Positions 49,828 to 59,759 of a DNA stretch of 64,000 nt are shown piece by piece (position 1 is the first letter of the stretch; each line of letters opens with the position of its first letter). A program made the position numbers and the translations under genes. Origin of the DNA: Fidelibacterota bacterium (GTDB lineage Bacteria; Fidelibacterota; Marinisomatia; Marinisomatales; Marinisomataceae); contig JADHQL010000001.1 of the NCBI GenBank assembly GCA_016777965.1, forward strand, positions 89,189-153,188, written 5' to 3'. Below the pieces are notes generated by a model. The model made no database searches and had not been told where the DNA came from. It saw only the letters and a list, made by a program, of their open reading frames with translations.

Positions 49828-50789
49828 ATAACTCTCCTGAAATAATATGATCTTAAAATTTCATGAATGATGAGTAAGAAAAATCCAATAGAGAGAAACC
49901 AAATATAGATTTCTTGATAACTTGAAAAATAACTTACAGTAATTTCAGATTTTTCTAAATTATCAATTTCTGAATAGATTCCGGACAAGCTTTCTTTGTC
50001 TGTAGCCCTAAAATATTTTGCATTTGTTACTTCAGCTATTCCTTTTAAGGTTTCTTCATCAATTTCATTTCTTACAAATCCTCTTCCAGGTATCTGGGTG
50101 ATAGATTGGTTGGTTCCTGCTCCGATTGTATAAACTTTGATATTATATTCTTTTGCAATTTTTGCTGCTGAAATTGGATCAATTGAACCTACATTATTAC
50201 TTCCATCCGAAAGTAGAATAATTACCTTACTTTCTGAATCACTGTTTCTGAGCCTATTTACTCCATTTGCGATAGCAACACCTATTGCTGTACCATCATA
50301 TTTAGGCTCCATAACAGTAACTTCAGACAATAAATTATTTAAAACACTATAGTCAATTGTTAATGGGCATTGTATAAAAGTGTCCTTACCAAAAACTAAT
50401 AAACCAATTCTATCACCGTTTCTATTTTCAATAAATTCTTTCGCAGCATCTTTAACAGCTTCCAATCTATTTGGCTTAAAATCATCTGCAAGCATACTAC
50501 TGCTTGTATCTAATACAAGAACGATGTCTATAACCTCTACTGTTATATCTTTATCAACAGATGATATTCTAGGTCTTGCTAAACCTATTATCATAGAAAC
50601 TAATGCAATAAAAAAGAGAGAATTAATTAAAAATACTTTAAACTTACCCTGATATCCGAAGAAATTTCTAAGACTGTTAAAATTGGAAACTTGAATAGAT
50701 GTAGATTTTTTGAAAAAAAATTTTTTAAAAATAATTAAAACCAAAAACAATGGTATTATAAATAAAAAATTTGGGTATAAAAATTCCAT
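49824..50789 (-). CDS. batA: BatA-like von Willebrand factor A (vWA) membrane protein
   Basis: 321-aa ORF with N-terminal TM helices, the MIDAS motif DIVLVLDTSSSM, then GTAIG and ILLSDGSNN, and a C-terminal TM helix. The ATG overlaps the gatA stop (TAATG). Confidence 0.72.
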   Translation of the reverse strand: MEFLYPNFLFIIPLFLVLIIFKKFFFKKSTSIQVSNFNSLRNFFGYQGKFKVFLINSLFFIALVSMIIGLARPRISSVDKDITVEVIDIVLVLDTSSSMLADDFKPNRLEAVKDAAKEFIENRNGDRIGLLVFGKDTFIQCPLTIDYSVLNNLLSEVTVMEPKYDGTAIGVAIANGVNRLRNSDSESKVIILLSDGSNNVGSIDPISAAKIAKEYNIKVYTIGAGTNQSITQIPGRGFVRNEIDEETLKGIAEVTNAKYFRATDKESLSGIYSEIDNLEKSEITVSYFSSYQEIYIWFLSIGFFLLIIHEILRSYYFRRVI

Positions 50790-52150
50790 TAATTTGCTTC
50801 AAAAATTTCCTCTTCACCTAATATATGAGCTAAACTGAATAAAGTTTCCTCTTTAAACGCATTAGAAACTAATTGAAGTCCAATTGGAAGATTGTCAGAT
50901 GAAAATCCTGCAGGAATATTTAACGAAGCTATTCCAGCTAAATTTATGGGCACAGTAAACATATCAGATAAATACATTTTCAATGGATCTTCTAAATTAT
51001 TTTTAAGTTTAAATGGTAATTCAGGAGTAGTAGGAATTAATAAATTTTCACATTTATTAAATAATTCTGAATAACCATTTTTTATTAATCTTCTGACTTT
51101 TAAAGCTTTAGAAAAGTATGCATCATAATACCCTGAGGAGAGAACATAAGTTCCAGTCATAATTCTTCTTTTTACCTCGTCTGAAAATCCTTTTGATCTA
51201 GTTTCAATATAAAGCTCTGAGAGGTCTTTTGTATTGGCTCTATTACCATACCTTACTCCATCAAATCTTGATAAATTGGACGAAGCTTCAGCCATAGTTA
51301 AAACATAGTATGCAGGTATACAATAATTAAAATAAGGTAAATCAATTTCAATTATTTTTACTTTTTTTGACTTAAAGTAATCAACTAACTGGCGATATTT
51401 TCCTGCTATTTCAACATTTATATTTTTTAGAATTTTATCAGAAACTACTCCGACTGATTTAGGAAGTTTTGAATCTTCAAAAGATGGATTTTTAGGAACG
51501 TTAACATCTACGCTAGTTGAATCTTTATGATCTTGACCTGAAATTGTACAAAAAGTGCTATAAACATCTTTAATAGATTTAGACATAATACCTATTGTAT
51601 CGAAAGATGATGCATGAGCTACTAAGCCGTATCTGGATATTCTTCCGTAAGATGGTTTTAAACCGTAGATACCACAAAACGCAGCTGGCTGCCTTACTGA
51701 ACCGCCTGTATCAGAACCCAAAGCAATGTCAGAAAGACCTTCTGCAATCGCTGCTGCAGACCCACCGCTAGAACCTCCTGCAACTAAATTATGGTCAAAA
51801 GGATTTCTAACAGATCCATAAATCGAAAATTCAGAAGATGAACCCATTGCAAACTCATCACAATTAGTTTGACCAATGATAACACCTCCTTCAAGTTCAA
51901 TTCTATCAATTACTGTTGCATTATATGGAGAAATATATGATTCTAATATACTTGATGCACAGGTTAAAGGCTCATCCTTGATTGCAATATTATCTTTTAT
52001 TAGGAATGTTTTATCTTTTAAAAGACCTTCTCTAGTTTTTTTTAAATCAATACGTTTAATACGATTTCTGATAACAGAATTTGTCTTGCTAGCAGAAATT
52101 TTATCTTTAACAATAAGTAGTTTCTGCTCTAAAGAATTAGATGGATTCAT
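50789..52150 (-). CDS. gatA: Glutamyl-tRNA(Gln) amidotransferase subunit A
   Basis: 453-aa ORF with the amidase signature GGSSGGSAAAIA...GSDTGGSVRQPAAFCG and the GatA-like segments NCDEFAMGSS and KDSTS. Confidence 0.88.
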   Translation of the reverse strand: MNPSNSLEQKLLIVKDKISASKTNSVIRNRIKRIDLKKTREGLLKDKTFLIKDNIAIKDEPLTCASSILESYISPYNATVIDRIELEGGVIIGQTNCDEFAMGSSSEFSIYGSVRNPFDHNLVAGGSSGGSAAAIAEGLSDIALGSDTGGSVRQPAAFCGIYGLKPSYGRISRYGLVAHASSFDTIGIMSKSIKDVYSTFCTISGQDHKDSTSVDVNVPKNPSFEDSKLPKSVGVVSDKILKNINVEIAGKYRQLVDYFKSKKVKIIEIDLPYFNYCIPAYYVLTMAEASSNLSRFDGVRYGNRANTKDLSELYIETRSKGFSDEVKRRIMTGTYVLSSGYYDAYFSKALKVRRLIKNGYSELFNKCENLLIPTTPELPFKLKNNLEDPLKMYLSDMFTVPINLAGIASLNIPAGFSSDNLPIGLQLVSNAFKEETLFSLAHILGEEEIFEAN

Positions 52151-52156
52151 CTAAAT

Positions 52157-52333
52157 TTATTTATCGGAATTTTCTGATTTTTTAATTTCTTCCTTAGTAT
52201 CGTCCAAAGCGCCACGAAACTCTCTTAAAGAATTTGCGAATCCTCTAGCAATGCCAGGAAGTCTTTTACCACCAAAAAGAAGTAAAAGTATTAAAAAAAT
52301 TAAAACTAATTCACCAGTACCTAAATTGAACAT
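52157..52333 (-). CDS. tatA: Twin-arginine translocase subunit TatA/E
   Basis: Not in the ORF track. My translation is MFNLGTGELVLIFLILLLLFGGKRLPGIARGFANSLREFRGALDDTKEEIKKSENSDK (58 aa). It has a TM helix, the FGxxKLP-like hinge (FGGKRLP) and an amphipathic helix. Confidence 0.88.
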   Translation of the reverse strand: MFNLGTGELVLIFLILLLLFGGKRLPGIARGFANSLREFRGALDDTKEEIKKSENSDK

Positions 52334-52347
52334 ATAAACCTCATAAT

Positions 52348-52626
52348 TTATCTAAAGTATTTTAATAAATAATATGCAATGCCGAAACCAATAATACTAC
52401 AAACATTAAATTTTAAAATAAAACCAAAATCTATAACAATTACACCGAGATCGATAAGATAATCACTATTCATTGAACCAAAAGTAAAATCATATGAAAT
52501 TAGAAAAAATTGTTTTACTGCACTACCATCCGGTAATAGAAAAGCAAGAATATTTCCAACAAAAGTTCCTATTAAAGCTCCGGTACAAAGACCAAAAATA
52601 ATAAGTTTTATGCTTCTTCTATTCAT
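52348..52626 (-). CDS. Small membrane protein, DUF4321-like
   Basis: 92-aa ORF with two or three hydrophobic segments. Its layout (LIGTFVGNILAFLLP...IDLGVIVIDFGFILKFNVCSIIGFGIAYYLLKYF) matches my recollection of DUF4321. An ATGA overlap links it to the upstream protease gene. Confidence 0.45.
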   Translation of the reverse strand: MNRRSIKLIIFGLCTGALIGTFVGNILAFLLPDGSAVKQFFLISYDFTFGSMNSDYLIDLGVIVIDFGFILKFNVCSIIGFGIAYYLLKYFR

Positions 52627-53723
52627 ACTTCGCCCAATGTTAATTTTATATCCTTAAAATTATCTTCTCTAAGAACTGTTAATATAATTTCGTCTCCAGC
52701 TCTAAAATCTAATTTAACTAAAACTGCTTTAATTTCATCTAATGATTCAATTTTATAGCCTTCTATTGCAACTATAATATCTCCCCTATACAACTCTTCG
52801 TTTATGGCGGTCGAATTATAATCTACTTTATCTATAAATAACCCAATTTGATCTTTCGATGGACCATATAAATACTGTCGGGCATTTAAACCAAAAGAAA
52901 CTCTTCTATCAATTACTCCTTTGAGCTTTAATTCATTTGCTATTTTTTTTGCAAAATTTATTGGAATAGCAAATCCTAAATTCTGTGAATCAGCTCTTGT
53001 AAAAGTATTAATTCCTATGACATTTCCATTTGAATCGATTAATGGACCACCACTATTTCCAGGGTTTAACGATGCATCGGTCTGGATCATATTGTCCAAT
53101 AATTTTACATCAGGAAGTAAATTTCCTTTAGAGTCCAGCAATTTTCCTGAAGCTGAATCAATGCTAAAATCTACATTAACTGCACTTATAATTCCCGCAG
53201 ATGCAATTGGTTGATACTGATCATTTGAAATGAGATTTCTTGGATTACCTAACGCTATTGCCCATTCACCAACTTTTACATCATCAGAATTACCTAAATT
53301 ACAGTATTCGAAGTTATCTCCCTCAATCTTTAGCAATGCAACATCAGAAACAGTATCCAGTCCAACTATTGCTGCATCATAGGTTTGGCCTCCAGGTACA
53401 ACTACAGTAATATTAATTTCTGTTGTAATAACAGCAGGCGAAAAGCTATCTCTAATATTATGAGCATTAGTAAGTATATATCCATCTTTGCTAATTATAA
53501 ATCCTGATCCATTTGAAGAAGCTGGTTTTAAATTTCTATATCCGCTCCATGTTCTTAAGACTCTCTCCTGACTTCTATATATTCCCACAACTCCTGGACT
53601 TGCTAATTCAATAGCGCTAGAAATTGCAGTAGATTTAGAAGACGATATTTGAACATATTCTTTTTTTGCATTATTGCATCCTGCAAATAAAAAAATAATT
53701 AAAATAATATACTTAATACTCAT
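52623..53723 (-). CDS. HtrA/DegP-family serine protease lipoprotein with one PDZ domain
   Basis: 366-aa ORF with the lipobox LFAGC and the catalytic triad context TNAHNI, DVALLKI and GNSGGPL. The C-terminal PDZ-like region contains GDIIVAIEG. Confidence 0.85.
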   Translation of the reverse strand: MSIKYIILIIFLFAGCNNAKKEYVQISSSKSTAISSAIELASPGVVGIYRSQERVLRTWSGYRNLKPASSNGSGFIISKDGYILTNAHNIRDSFSPAVITTEINITVVVPGGQTYDAAIVGLDTVSDVALLKIEGDNFEYCNLGNSDDVKVGEWAIALGNPRNLISNDQYQPIASAGIISAVNVDFSIDSASGKLLDSKGNLLPDVKLLDNMIQTDASLNPGNSGGPLIDSNGNVIGINTFTRADSQNLGFAIPINFAKKIANELKLKGVIDRRVSFGLNARQYLYGPSKDQIGLFIDKVDYNSTAINEELYRGDIIVAIEGYKIESLDEIKAVLVKLDFRAGDEIILTVLREDNFKDIKLTLGEV

Positions 53724-54453
53724 AAAAAATTTCCTTTAAAACTAAACCATTTGAGGGAGCTTTAAATATTTTTGCATCTTTAATAGGCTGATTTAACAAT
53801 GTCCTAAAATCATCAATTGAAATTTTATTTTGACTAACTGCAATCATGCTTCCAACTAAATACCTTACCATATGATGTAAAAATCTATTTCCATGAATAA
53901 TATATAATAATTTTTCATGATTTTTATCATCAAAAACCCATTCTGAAGCAAATATTTCACAATCGTTATTTTGTTTGCCTGAAAATTTTGAAAAAGATAA
54001 AAAATTGTGTTTACCTTCAATTATTTTTGATACTTCCATTAATAATTTTATATCAATATTCTTTACATGATAATGATCTTTCAAATAAAGAGGATTATCG
54101 CTTAAACAACATAAATAGTTATACTCTTTACTCTTTGCATCAAACCTACTGTGAAAACTTTCTTCAATTTTTGACAAATGGGATATTCTTATTTCTTTAT
54201 CAAGTCTGGCATTTATTGCTCGATGTAGCTCTTTGTCAGTTAACTTAGAATCTAAATCAAAATGAGCAACTTGACCTAATGCGTGTACACCAGCATCGGT
54301 TCTGCTTGCACCATAAATCTTAACTTTTTTATTATTATTTAAAACAAATATTGAGGATTCAATTTTATCTTGGATTCCGCTTAGATTTTTTTGTGACTGA
54401 AAGCCTGAAAAGTTGGTACCATCATATTGAACTATAATTTTATATCTAGTCAT
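53713..54453 (-). CDS. truA: tRNA pseudouridine(38-40) synthase TruA
   Basis: 246-aa ORF with YDGTNFSGFQSQ and the catalytic GASRTDAGVHALGQV. Confidence 0.93.
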   Translation of the reverse strand: MTRYKIIVQYDGTNFSGFQSQKNLSGIQDKIESSIFVLNNNKKVKIYGASRTDAGVHALGQVAHFDLDSKLTDKELHRAINARLDKEIRISHLSKIEESFHSRFDAKSKEYNYLCCLSDNPLYLKDHYHVKNIDIKLLMEVSKIIEGKHNFLSFSKFSGKQNNDCEIFASEWVFDDKNHEKLLYIIHGNRFLHHMVRYLVGSMIAVSQNKISIDDFRTLLNQPIKDAKIFKAPSNGLVLKEIFYEY

Positions 54454-55838
54454 TTAATCTTAATAATTTTATTATATACATTTCTATCATCAATTTCTGA
54501 CTTAACTAAAACTTCACCAGAAGGCAAAATAATACCAGATATTCCATTATTAGCGCTTTGAACGACCGGCACTCCTAATTCAATTGAACGCAATTTTGCA
54601 TGTTCAAAATGCTGATATGGCATAGCTTTACCAACATAAGAGTCATTAGTTATGACAAAAATTATTTCAGCTCCTTTATTCACCATTTTTTTTGCAATTT
54701 TGAAGCTGCTAGAATCATAACAAATTAAAATAGATGATTTAATGTCCCCAATTTGAAATGTGTTAAAGCTTTCTCCTGGAGTGAAACTTCCCATATCATC
54801 AAACTGATTTATTTTTGATAACCAGTTTTTAAAAAAAGGGACGTATTCTGCAAATGGAACTAAAAAGATTTTTTGATAAGTATCATAGAATCCGTCTGGT
54901 CTTAAAAAAATTGCACTATTATAAACTTTAAGCTCATTATTCAAATACATTCTATGAGGAATACCAGTTATGAGAACTGAATCTATAATTTTTTCCTGTA
55001 GTTTAATTCTTTCCTTTGAATCGGGAACAGCTAAGAATGATGTTAAAGCAGCTTCAGGCCAAACAATGACATCTGGATTCGATTCTAAAGATTTTTCTAA
55101 AAGATCATTCATGATATTTTCATTTCTATTTTTTAATTTTGGATTCCATTTTTCATCTGGATAAATCACAGGCTGTCCAATTGAAACATTAATCTGTTTT
55201 TGAAAATTTGTTGAATTATAATTTGAAATTAATATTTGACCAATTAGAGCGTTTAAAAGTATAACTGATATAAAACTATAAATATATTTTTTTTGCTTTA
55301 ATAAAATAAACTTATAAAAAAGAATATTCAACAGGACAATAATAAGTGAAGATAAATCTTCGTGAATACTTACAATTTGAATCAATCTATTGTACCCTGT
55401 TTGACTAAGAGAAAAATTCAACCAAGGGGCAGCCAAGGGACCGATATCTCTTAAATTTTCAATTAAGACCCAAATAAAAGGAATTAATAATAACTGAATT
55501 TTATCTGAAAATTTTCCTTTCTTAAAAAAATGTAGTATCAAACAAAATAAAACCCAATAAAAAGAATAAAAAATGCATATAGCTAAATAAGAAATAATTG
55601 CAACCAGAACACTGGTTCCAGAATTTAGAGCTACCCAGTGTGTTATTATAGCATAGCTGGTTAAACCAGCTAAATAGAAAAATATTATCTTTTCTGAAAG
55701 CTTAATTGTTTTATCAAAAATAAAAAATAGTGGAATCAAGAAAAACCAAGCTAAAAAACCTAAATGAAAAGGTGGAAATGAAAGACCCAACATTAGTCCA
55801 CTCATTAAAGAAAACATCAAATTTTTTTTAGCTATCAA
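54450..55838 (-). CDS. lnt: Apolipoprotein N-acyltransferase
   Basis: 462-aa ORF with about six N-terminal TM helices followed by a C-N hydrolase domain (VVWPEAAL, LVPFAEYVP, ILICYDS). Confidence 0.85.
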   Translation of the reverse strand: MIAKKNLMFSLMSGLMLGLSFPPFHLGFLAWFFLIPLFFIFDKTIKLSEKIIFFYLAGLTSYAIITHWVALNSGTSVLVAIISYLAICIFYSFYWVLFCLILHFFKKGKFSDKIQLLLIPFIWVLIENLRDIGPLAAPWLNFSLSQTGYNRLIQIVSIHEDLSSLIIVLLNILFYKFILLKQKKYIYSFISVILLNALIGQILISNYNSTNFQKQINVSIGQPVIYPDEKWNPKLKNRNENIMNDLLEKSLESNPDVIVWPEAALTSFLAVPDSKERIKLQEKIIDSVLITGIPHRMYLNNELKVYNSAIFLRPDGFYDTYQKIFLVPFAEYVPFFKNWLSKINQFDDMGSFTPGESFNTFQIGDIKSSILICYDSSSFKIAKKMVNKGAEIIFVITNDSYVGKAMPYQHFEHAKLRSIELGVPVVQSANNGISGIILPSGEVLVKSEIDDRNVYNKIIKIK

Positions 55839-56251
55839 AAGGAACCTTTATCTAAAAATGATTGCAATATTATCGTTGATGCAATTAAATCTATATGCTC
55901 TTTATTTTTTCCAGTCTTAATGTTCTGTTCATGCATAATCTTTTTTGCTGATTCGCTTGAAAGCCTTTCATCCTGAAGAAAAACATTAAAATTTAAATTT
56001 TTAAGCTCTTCAAAAAAATTATCTACCAATTTTGTCATTTCATTTTTTTTATTATTCATATTTAGCGGATAACCAATTACAAAAGATTTAACATCATTTT
56101 CCATTGCAATTTCTTGCAGCTTACTTAAAAGTTCTTCCCTTTTTTTATATTTAATTACTTTAAGTGGAATTGAAATAATCTTCAATGGATCTGAAATTGA
56201 TAATCCTACTTTGGAAAGACCAAAATCTATACCTATCAATCTATCCGTCAT
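55835..56251 (-). CDS. ruvX: YqgF/RuvX putative pre-16S rRNA nuclease
   Basis: The ORF track extends to 56275. The ATG at 56251 gives MTDRLIGIDFGLSKVGLSISD, the typical YqgF N-terminus. DERLSS lies near the C-terminus. Confidence 0.9.
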   Translation of the reverse strand: MTDRLIGIDFGLSKVGLSISDPLKIISIPLKVIKYKKREELLSKLQEIAMENDVKSFVIGYPLNMNNKKNEMTKLVDNFFEELKNLNFNVFLQDERLSSESAKKIMHEQNIKTGKNKEHIDLIASTIILQSFLDKGSF

Positions 56252-58406
56252 GTACACGCTCAACTGAGTCAACATTTTTTAGTTTTTGAATGTCTTTTAT
56301 CACAGCATTAAGCTTTGCTCTGCTTTGAACTTTACAAATTATCCAGATATTTGCAATACTACCTTCAGTTACATCAGTTGATACATCAAGCATATTTAAA
56401 TTATTCTTTGAAATAATATTTGCGATTTCATTTAACATTCCAGCTGTATCAATGCAAGTTATATGAATTTTTGAACGAAAAGCCAAATTTTCTTTAGCAT
56501 TCCAATTTACCGACACTAACCTGTCTTGGTTGGAAGAAAGAGAAGATAAATTTGTGCAAGATAATTCATGAATAATTAATCCTCTACCTCTTGAAATATA
56601 ACCTATAACATCGTCTCCAGGTATTGGATTACAACATTTACCATAATTAACAACTAAGTTCTTTAAACCATCTAAATTAATTCCATCAACATCTGATCTT
56701 GCTATTTCTATAAACTCGGTTTGATCAATTTCTTTTGGTAAATTTTTCTTTAAATCAGGAAAAATTTTTGGAATCACATCTTTAATAATTACTCCCCCTC
56801 TACCAATATCAGAAAGCATATTATTCAAAGTTTTAAAACCTGCAATCGCATACCCCTTTTTAAACTCACTCAACCTATCTAAAATCTTTAATTTCCTTAA
56901 GGATTTCTCTAAAATCTCGTTTCCAATCTTAATACTTTCTTCAAGTTCAATTTTTCTTAAATATTTAGATATTTCATGTTTTGCTCTTGAGGTTTTGACA
57001 AATTTTAACCATCCACTGTTTGGAGTTTGATTTTTACTTGTTTCTATCTCAACTATATCTCCACTTTTTAAGCTGTAGCTTAGAGGAACCAACTTCTTAT
57101 TTACTTTTGATCTAACTGTGGTAAAACCAAGATCTCCATGTATAGCAAATGCAAAATCTAATGGGGTTGAATTTACAGGGAGTTTTATCAAGTCTCCTCT
57201 AGGCGTAAAAACAAATATTTCGTCTTCAAACATATCTATTTTTAATAAATCCATTAATTCTTCAGGATCTGAACTATCACTATTAAGCATAGATAATAAA
57301 TCTCTTAACCATAATACTTGTGAATCAAATTCTTCCATCTCATCATTGCCCTTATAAAGCCAATGTGCAGCAACACCAACTTCAGCAGTACGATCCATAT
57401 CCTTTGTTCGAATCTGAAATTCTGTAAACCTATTATCTTTAGTTAATACTGTTGTATGGATTGATTGGTATCCATTGGTTTTTGGGGTTGCTATAAAATC
57501 TTTAAATCGATCTTGCAATGGAGGATAAATACTATGAATTACACCAAGAGCAAGGTAACATTCCTCAATTTTATCAACTATGATTCTTATTGCATACAAG
57601 TCATAGATATCTTCAAACTCTTTACCTGTATTTTCAATTTTTCTATGAATGGATGAAATTGATTTATATCTACCAAAAATATTAGATTCAATTTTATAAG
57701 AACTTAGTTCAGTCTTAATTGGTCTTATCATATTAGATAAAATATCCTCATTTAATCTAGCTGAGGTCTCAATTTTCTTTTTAATACTATTAAAGGCTTT
57801 TAAATCTAAACATTTTAATGACAAATCTTCTAATTGCCATTTTAACTTTGCCATTCCCAATCTATGCGCTAAAGGCACAAATATTTCTTTTGTTTCTAAT
57901 GCAATTTCTATTCTTTTATTTGAAGATAAATATTGAATTGTTTCCATGTTGTTTAGTCTATCTGCAAACTTTATAATAATAACTCTTAAATCTCTTGCAA
58001 GAGAAAGAAATAATTTGGTGAAATTTTCAGCTTGTTTATGCTCTTTAGATCTAAAAGCAATATTTTCAACCTTTGTAACACCATCTACAAGAGAAGCAAC
58101 ATCAGAACCGAACTCTTCTTCAATATCGGATAATTTTACTTCAGTATCTTCAACAACATCGTGCAATAAAGCACTTACAACAGTTGTATGATCCATATTC
58201 CAATCAATTAAAATATTAGCTACATCAATGCAGTGACTTACAAAAGGAAGTCCAGACTTTCTTACTTGACCCCCATGCATTTTAATAGAATACTGAAGTG
58301 CATTTTCAACTTGCTTTCTGTTTTTTTTCGTAGGAATTCTTTTTAGAAGAGCTTTACTTTTATTAACAATTACCTCGTCATTATTTTTAATAACATTACT
58401 GCTCAT
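56241..58406 (-). CDS. spoT: Bifunctional (p)ppGpp synthetase/hydrolase (RelA/SpoT homolog)
   Basis: 721-aa ORF with the HD hydrolase motif (LLHDVVEDT), the synthetase motif (GYQSIHTTV), a TGS region and a C-terminal ACT-like region. Confidence 0.94.
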   Translation of the reverse strand: MSSNVIKNNDEVIVNKSKALLKRIPTKKNRKQVENALQYSIKMHGGQVRKSGLPFVSHCIDVANILIDWNMDHTTVVSALLHDVVEDTEVKLSDIEEEFGSDVASLVDGVTKVENIAFRSKEHKQAENFTKLFLSLARDLRVIIIKFADRLNNMETIQYLSSNKRIEIALETKEIFVPLAHRLGMAKLKWQLEDLSLKCLDLKAFNSIKKKIETSARLNEDILSNMIRPIKTELSSYKIESNIFGRYKSISSIHRKIENTGKEFEDIYDLYAIRIIVDKIEECYLALGVIHSIYPPLQDRFKDFIATPKTNGYQSIHTTVLTKDNRFTEFQIRTKDMDRTAEVGVAAHWLYKGNDEMEEFDSQVLWLRDLLSMLNSDSSDPEELMDLLKIDMFEDEIFVFTPRGDLIKLPVNSTPLDFAFAIHGDLGFTTVRSKVNKKLVPLSYSLKSGDIVEIETSKNQTPNSGWLKFVKTSRAKHEISKYLRKIELEESIKIGNEILEKSLRKLKILDRLSEFKKGYAIAGFKTLNNMLSDIGRGGVIIKDVIPKIFPDLKKNLPKEIDQTEFIEIARSDVDGINLDGLKNLVVNYGKCCNPIPGDDVIGYISRGRGLIIHELSCTNLSSLSSNQDRLVSVNWNAKENLAFRSKIHITCIDTAGMLNEIANIISKNNLNMLDVSTDVTEGSIANIWIICKVQSRAKLNAVIKDIQKLKNVDSVERVHDG

Positions 58407-58409
58407 AGT

Positions 58410-59753
58410 TTAAAACTCTTGATGATTATCAAATCTTGCATACGTATCTATAAACGTTGCAGTGACTCTTCCAGTTGGACCATTTCTTTGTTTTGCTACA
58501 ATCAAATAAGCTAGACCTTTCAAATCTTGATCTTCTTTATCGTATACTGCTGGTCTGTAAAGGAATATTACTAGATCAGCATCTTGTTCAATTGCACCAC
58601 TTTCTCTTAAATCTGAAAGCATTGGCTCTTTTTTCGTTCTTTGCTCGACAGCTCTAGAAAGCTGTGAAAGTGCAATAACTGGAATATCTAATTCTTTAGC
58701 TAAAGCTTTAAGAGATTGAGTAATTTGTGAAATTTCATTTTGTCTATTCTCAGAATTTTTTGGTCCCTGCATTAACTGCAAGTAATCGACAATAAGCAAT
58801 TCTATATTTCTTTCTCTTTTTAATCTTCTAGCTCTTGATCTAAGATCTAATATTGACAATGCAGGTGTATCATCTATGTAAAGAGGAGCTTGAGCAAGTT
58901 TTCCTGAAGCAATATTAATATTTTTCCATTTTATATTTGGACTTCCTCTTCTTACAAGAGCATTATCTACTCTAGCTTCAGACGTTAACAATCTTTGTCC
59001 AAGTTGATCGCTTGACATTTCTAAACTAAATATTGCAGTTGCAGATTTATTTTCAACTGCAGCATTCCTTGCAATAGTTAAAGCTAAGGCAGTTTTGCCC
59101 ATTGAAGGTCTTCCAGCTAATATAATTAAGTCACCATTCTGAAACCCTGCTGTCAACTTGTCTAAATCAATAATACCTGATGGGACTCCAATTATTGATC
59201 CTGGATTTGCCGCTATATTTTCTATTCTCTTAACTGTGCTTGAAAGAATTGGTTCAATATGTTGATAAATTTTTGAATCTTTCTGTTCAGTTAAACTAAA
59301 AATTGACTGTTCAGCTTCATCTAGAATTGATCCAACAGAATCTCCAGCATCTAAAGCTTTTTTAGAAATTTCATGTGAAGTAGTAATCAAGTCTCTTAAT
59401 ATGCCCTTTTCTTTAACGATTTCAGCATAAGTTTCGACTCTTGCAGACGTTGGCACTTTATCAACTAAACCTGTTAAATAATAAATTCCTCCAACTGATT
59501 TCAAGTTTTTACCTTTTTTAAGTTCATCAGATACAGAAACTGTATCAATAGGGTAGTTATTATTCATTAAAACGAGCATAGCTTCAAAGATTTTTTTATG
59601 AGAATCTTTATAGAAATAATGACTAGAACCTAAGATACTTATAGCCTTATTTGCAGCATCCTCATCAATCATCATTGAACCCAATACTGCTTCTTCTGCT
59701 TCAAGCGCTTGAGGTTGTAAATTTAAACCTTTAGTTTTATTGTTTTCGGCCAT
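58410..59753 (-). CDS. dnaB: Replicative DNA helicase DnaB
   Basis: 447-aa ORF with PQALEAEEAVLGSMM, Walker A GRPSMGKTA and QLSRAVEQR. Confidence 0.96.
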   Translation of the reverse strand: MAENNKTKGLNLQPQALEAEEAVLGSMMIDEDAANKAISILGSSHYFYKDSHKKIFEAMLVLMNNNYPIDTVSVSDELKKGKNLKSVGGIYYLTGLVDKVPTSARVETYAEIVKEKGILRDLITTSHEISKKALDAGDSVGSILDEAEQSIFSLTEQKDSKIYQHIEPILSSTVKRIENIAANPGSIIGVPSGIIDLDKLTAGFQNGDLIILAGRPSMGKTALALTIARNAAVENKSATAIFSLEMSSDQLGQRLLTSEARVDNALVRRGSPNIKWKNINIASGKLAQAPLYIDDTPALSILDLRSRARRLKRERNIELLIVDYLQLMQGPKNSENRQNEISQITQSLKALAKELDIPVIALSQLSRAVEQRTKKEPMLSDLRESGAIEQDADLVIFLYRPAVYDKEDQDLKGLAYLIVAKQRNGPTGRVTATFIDTYARFDNHQEF

Positions 59754-59759
59754 TTTTAT

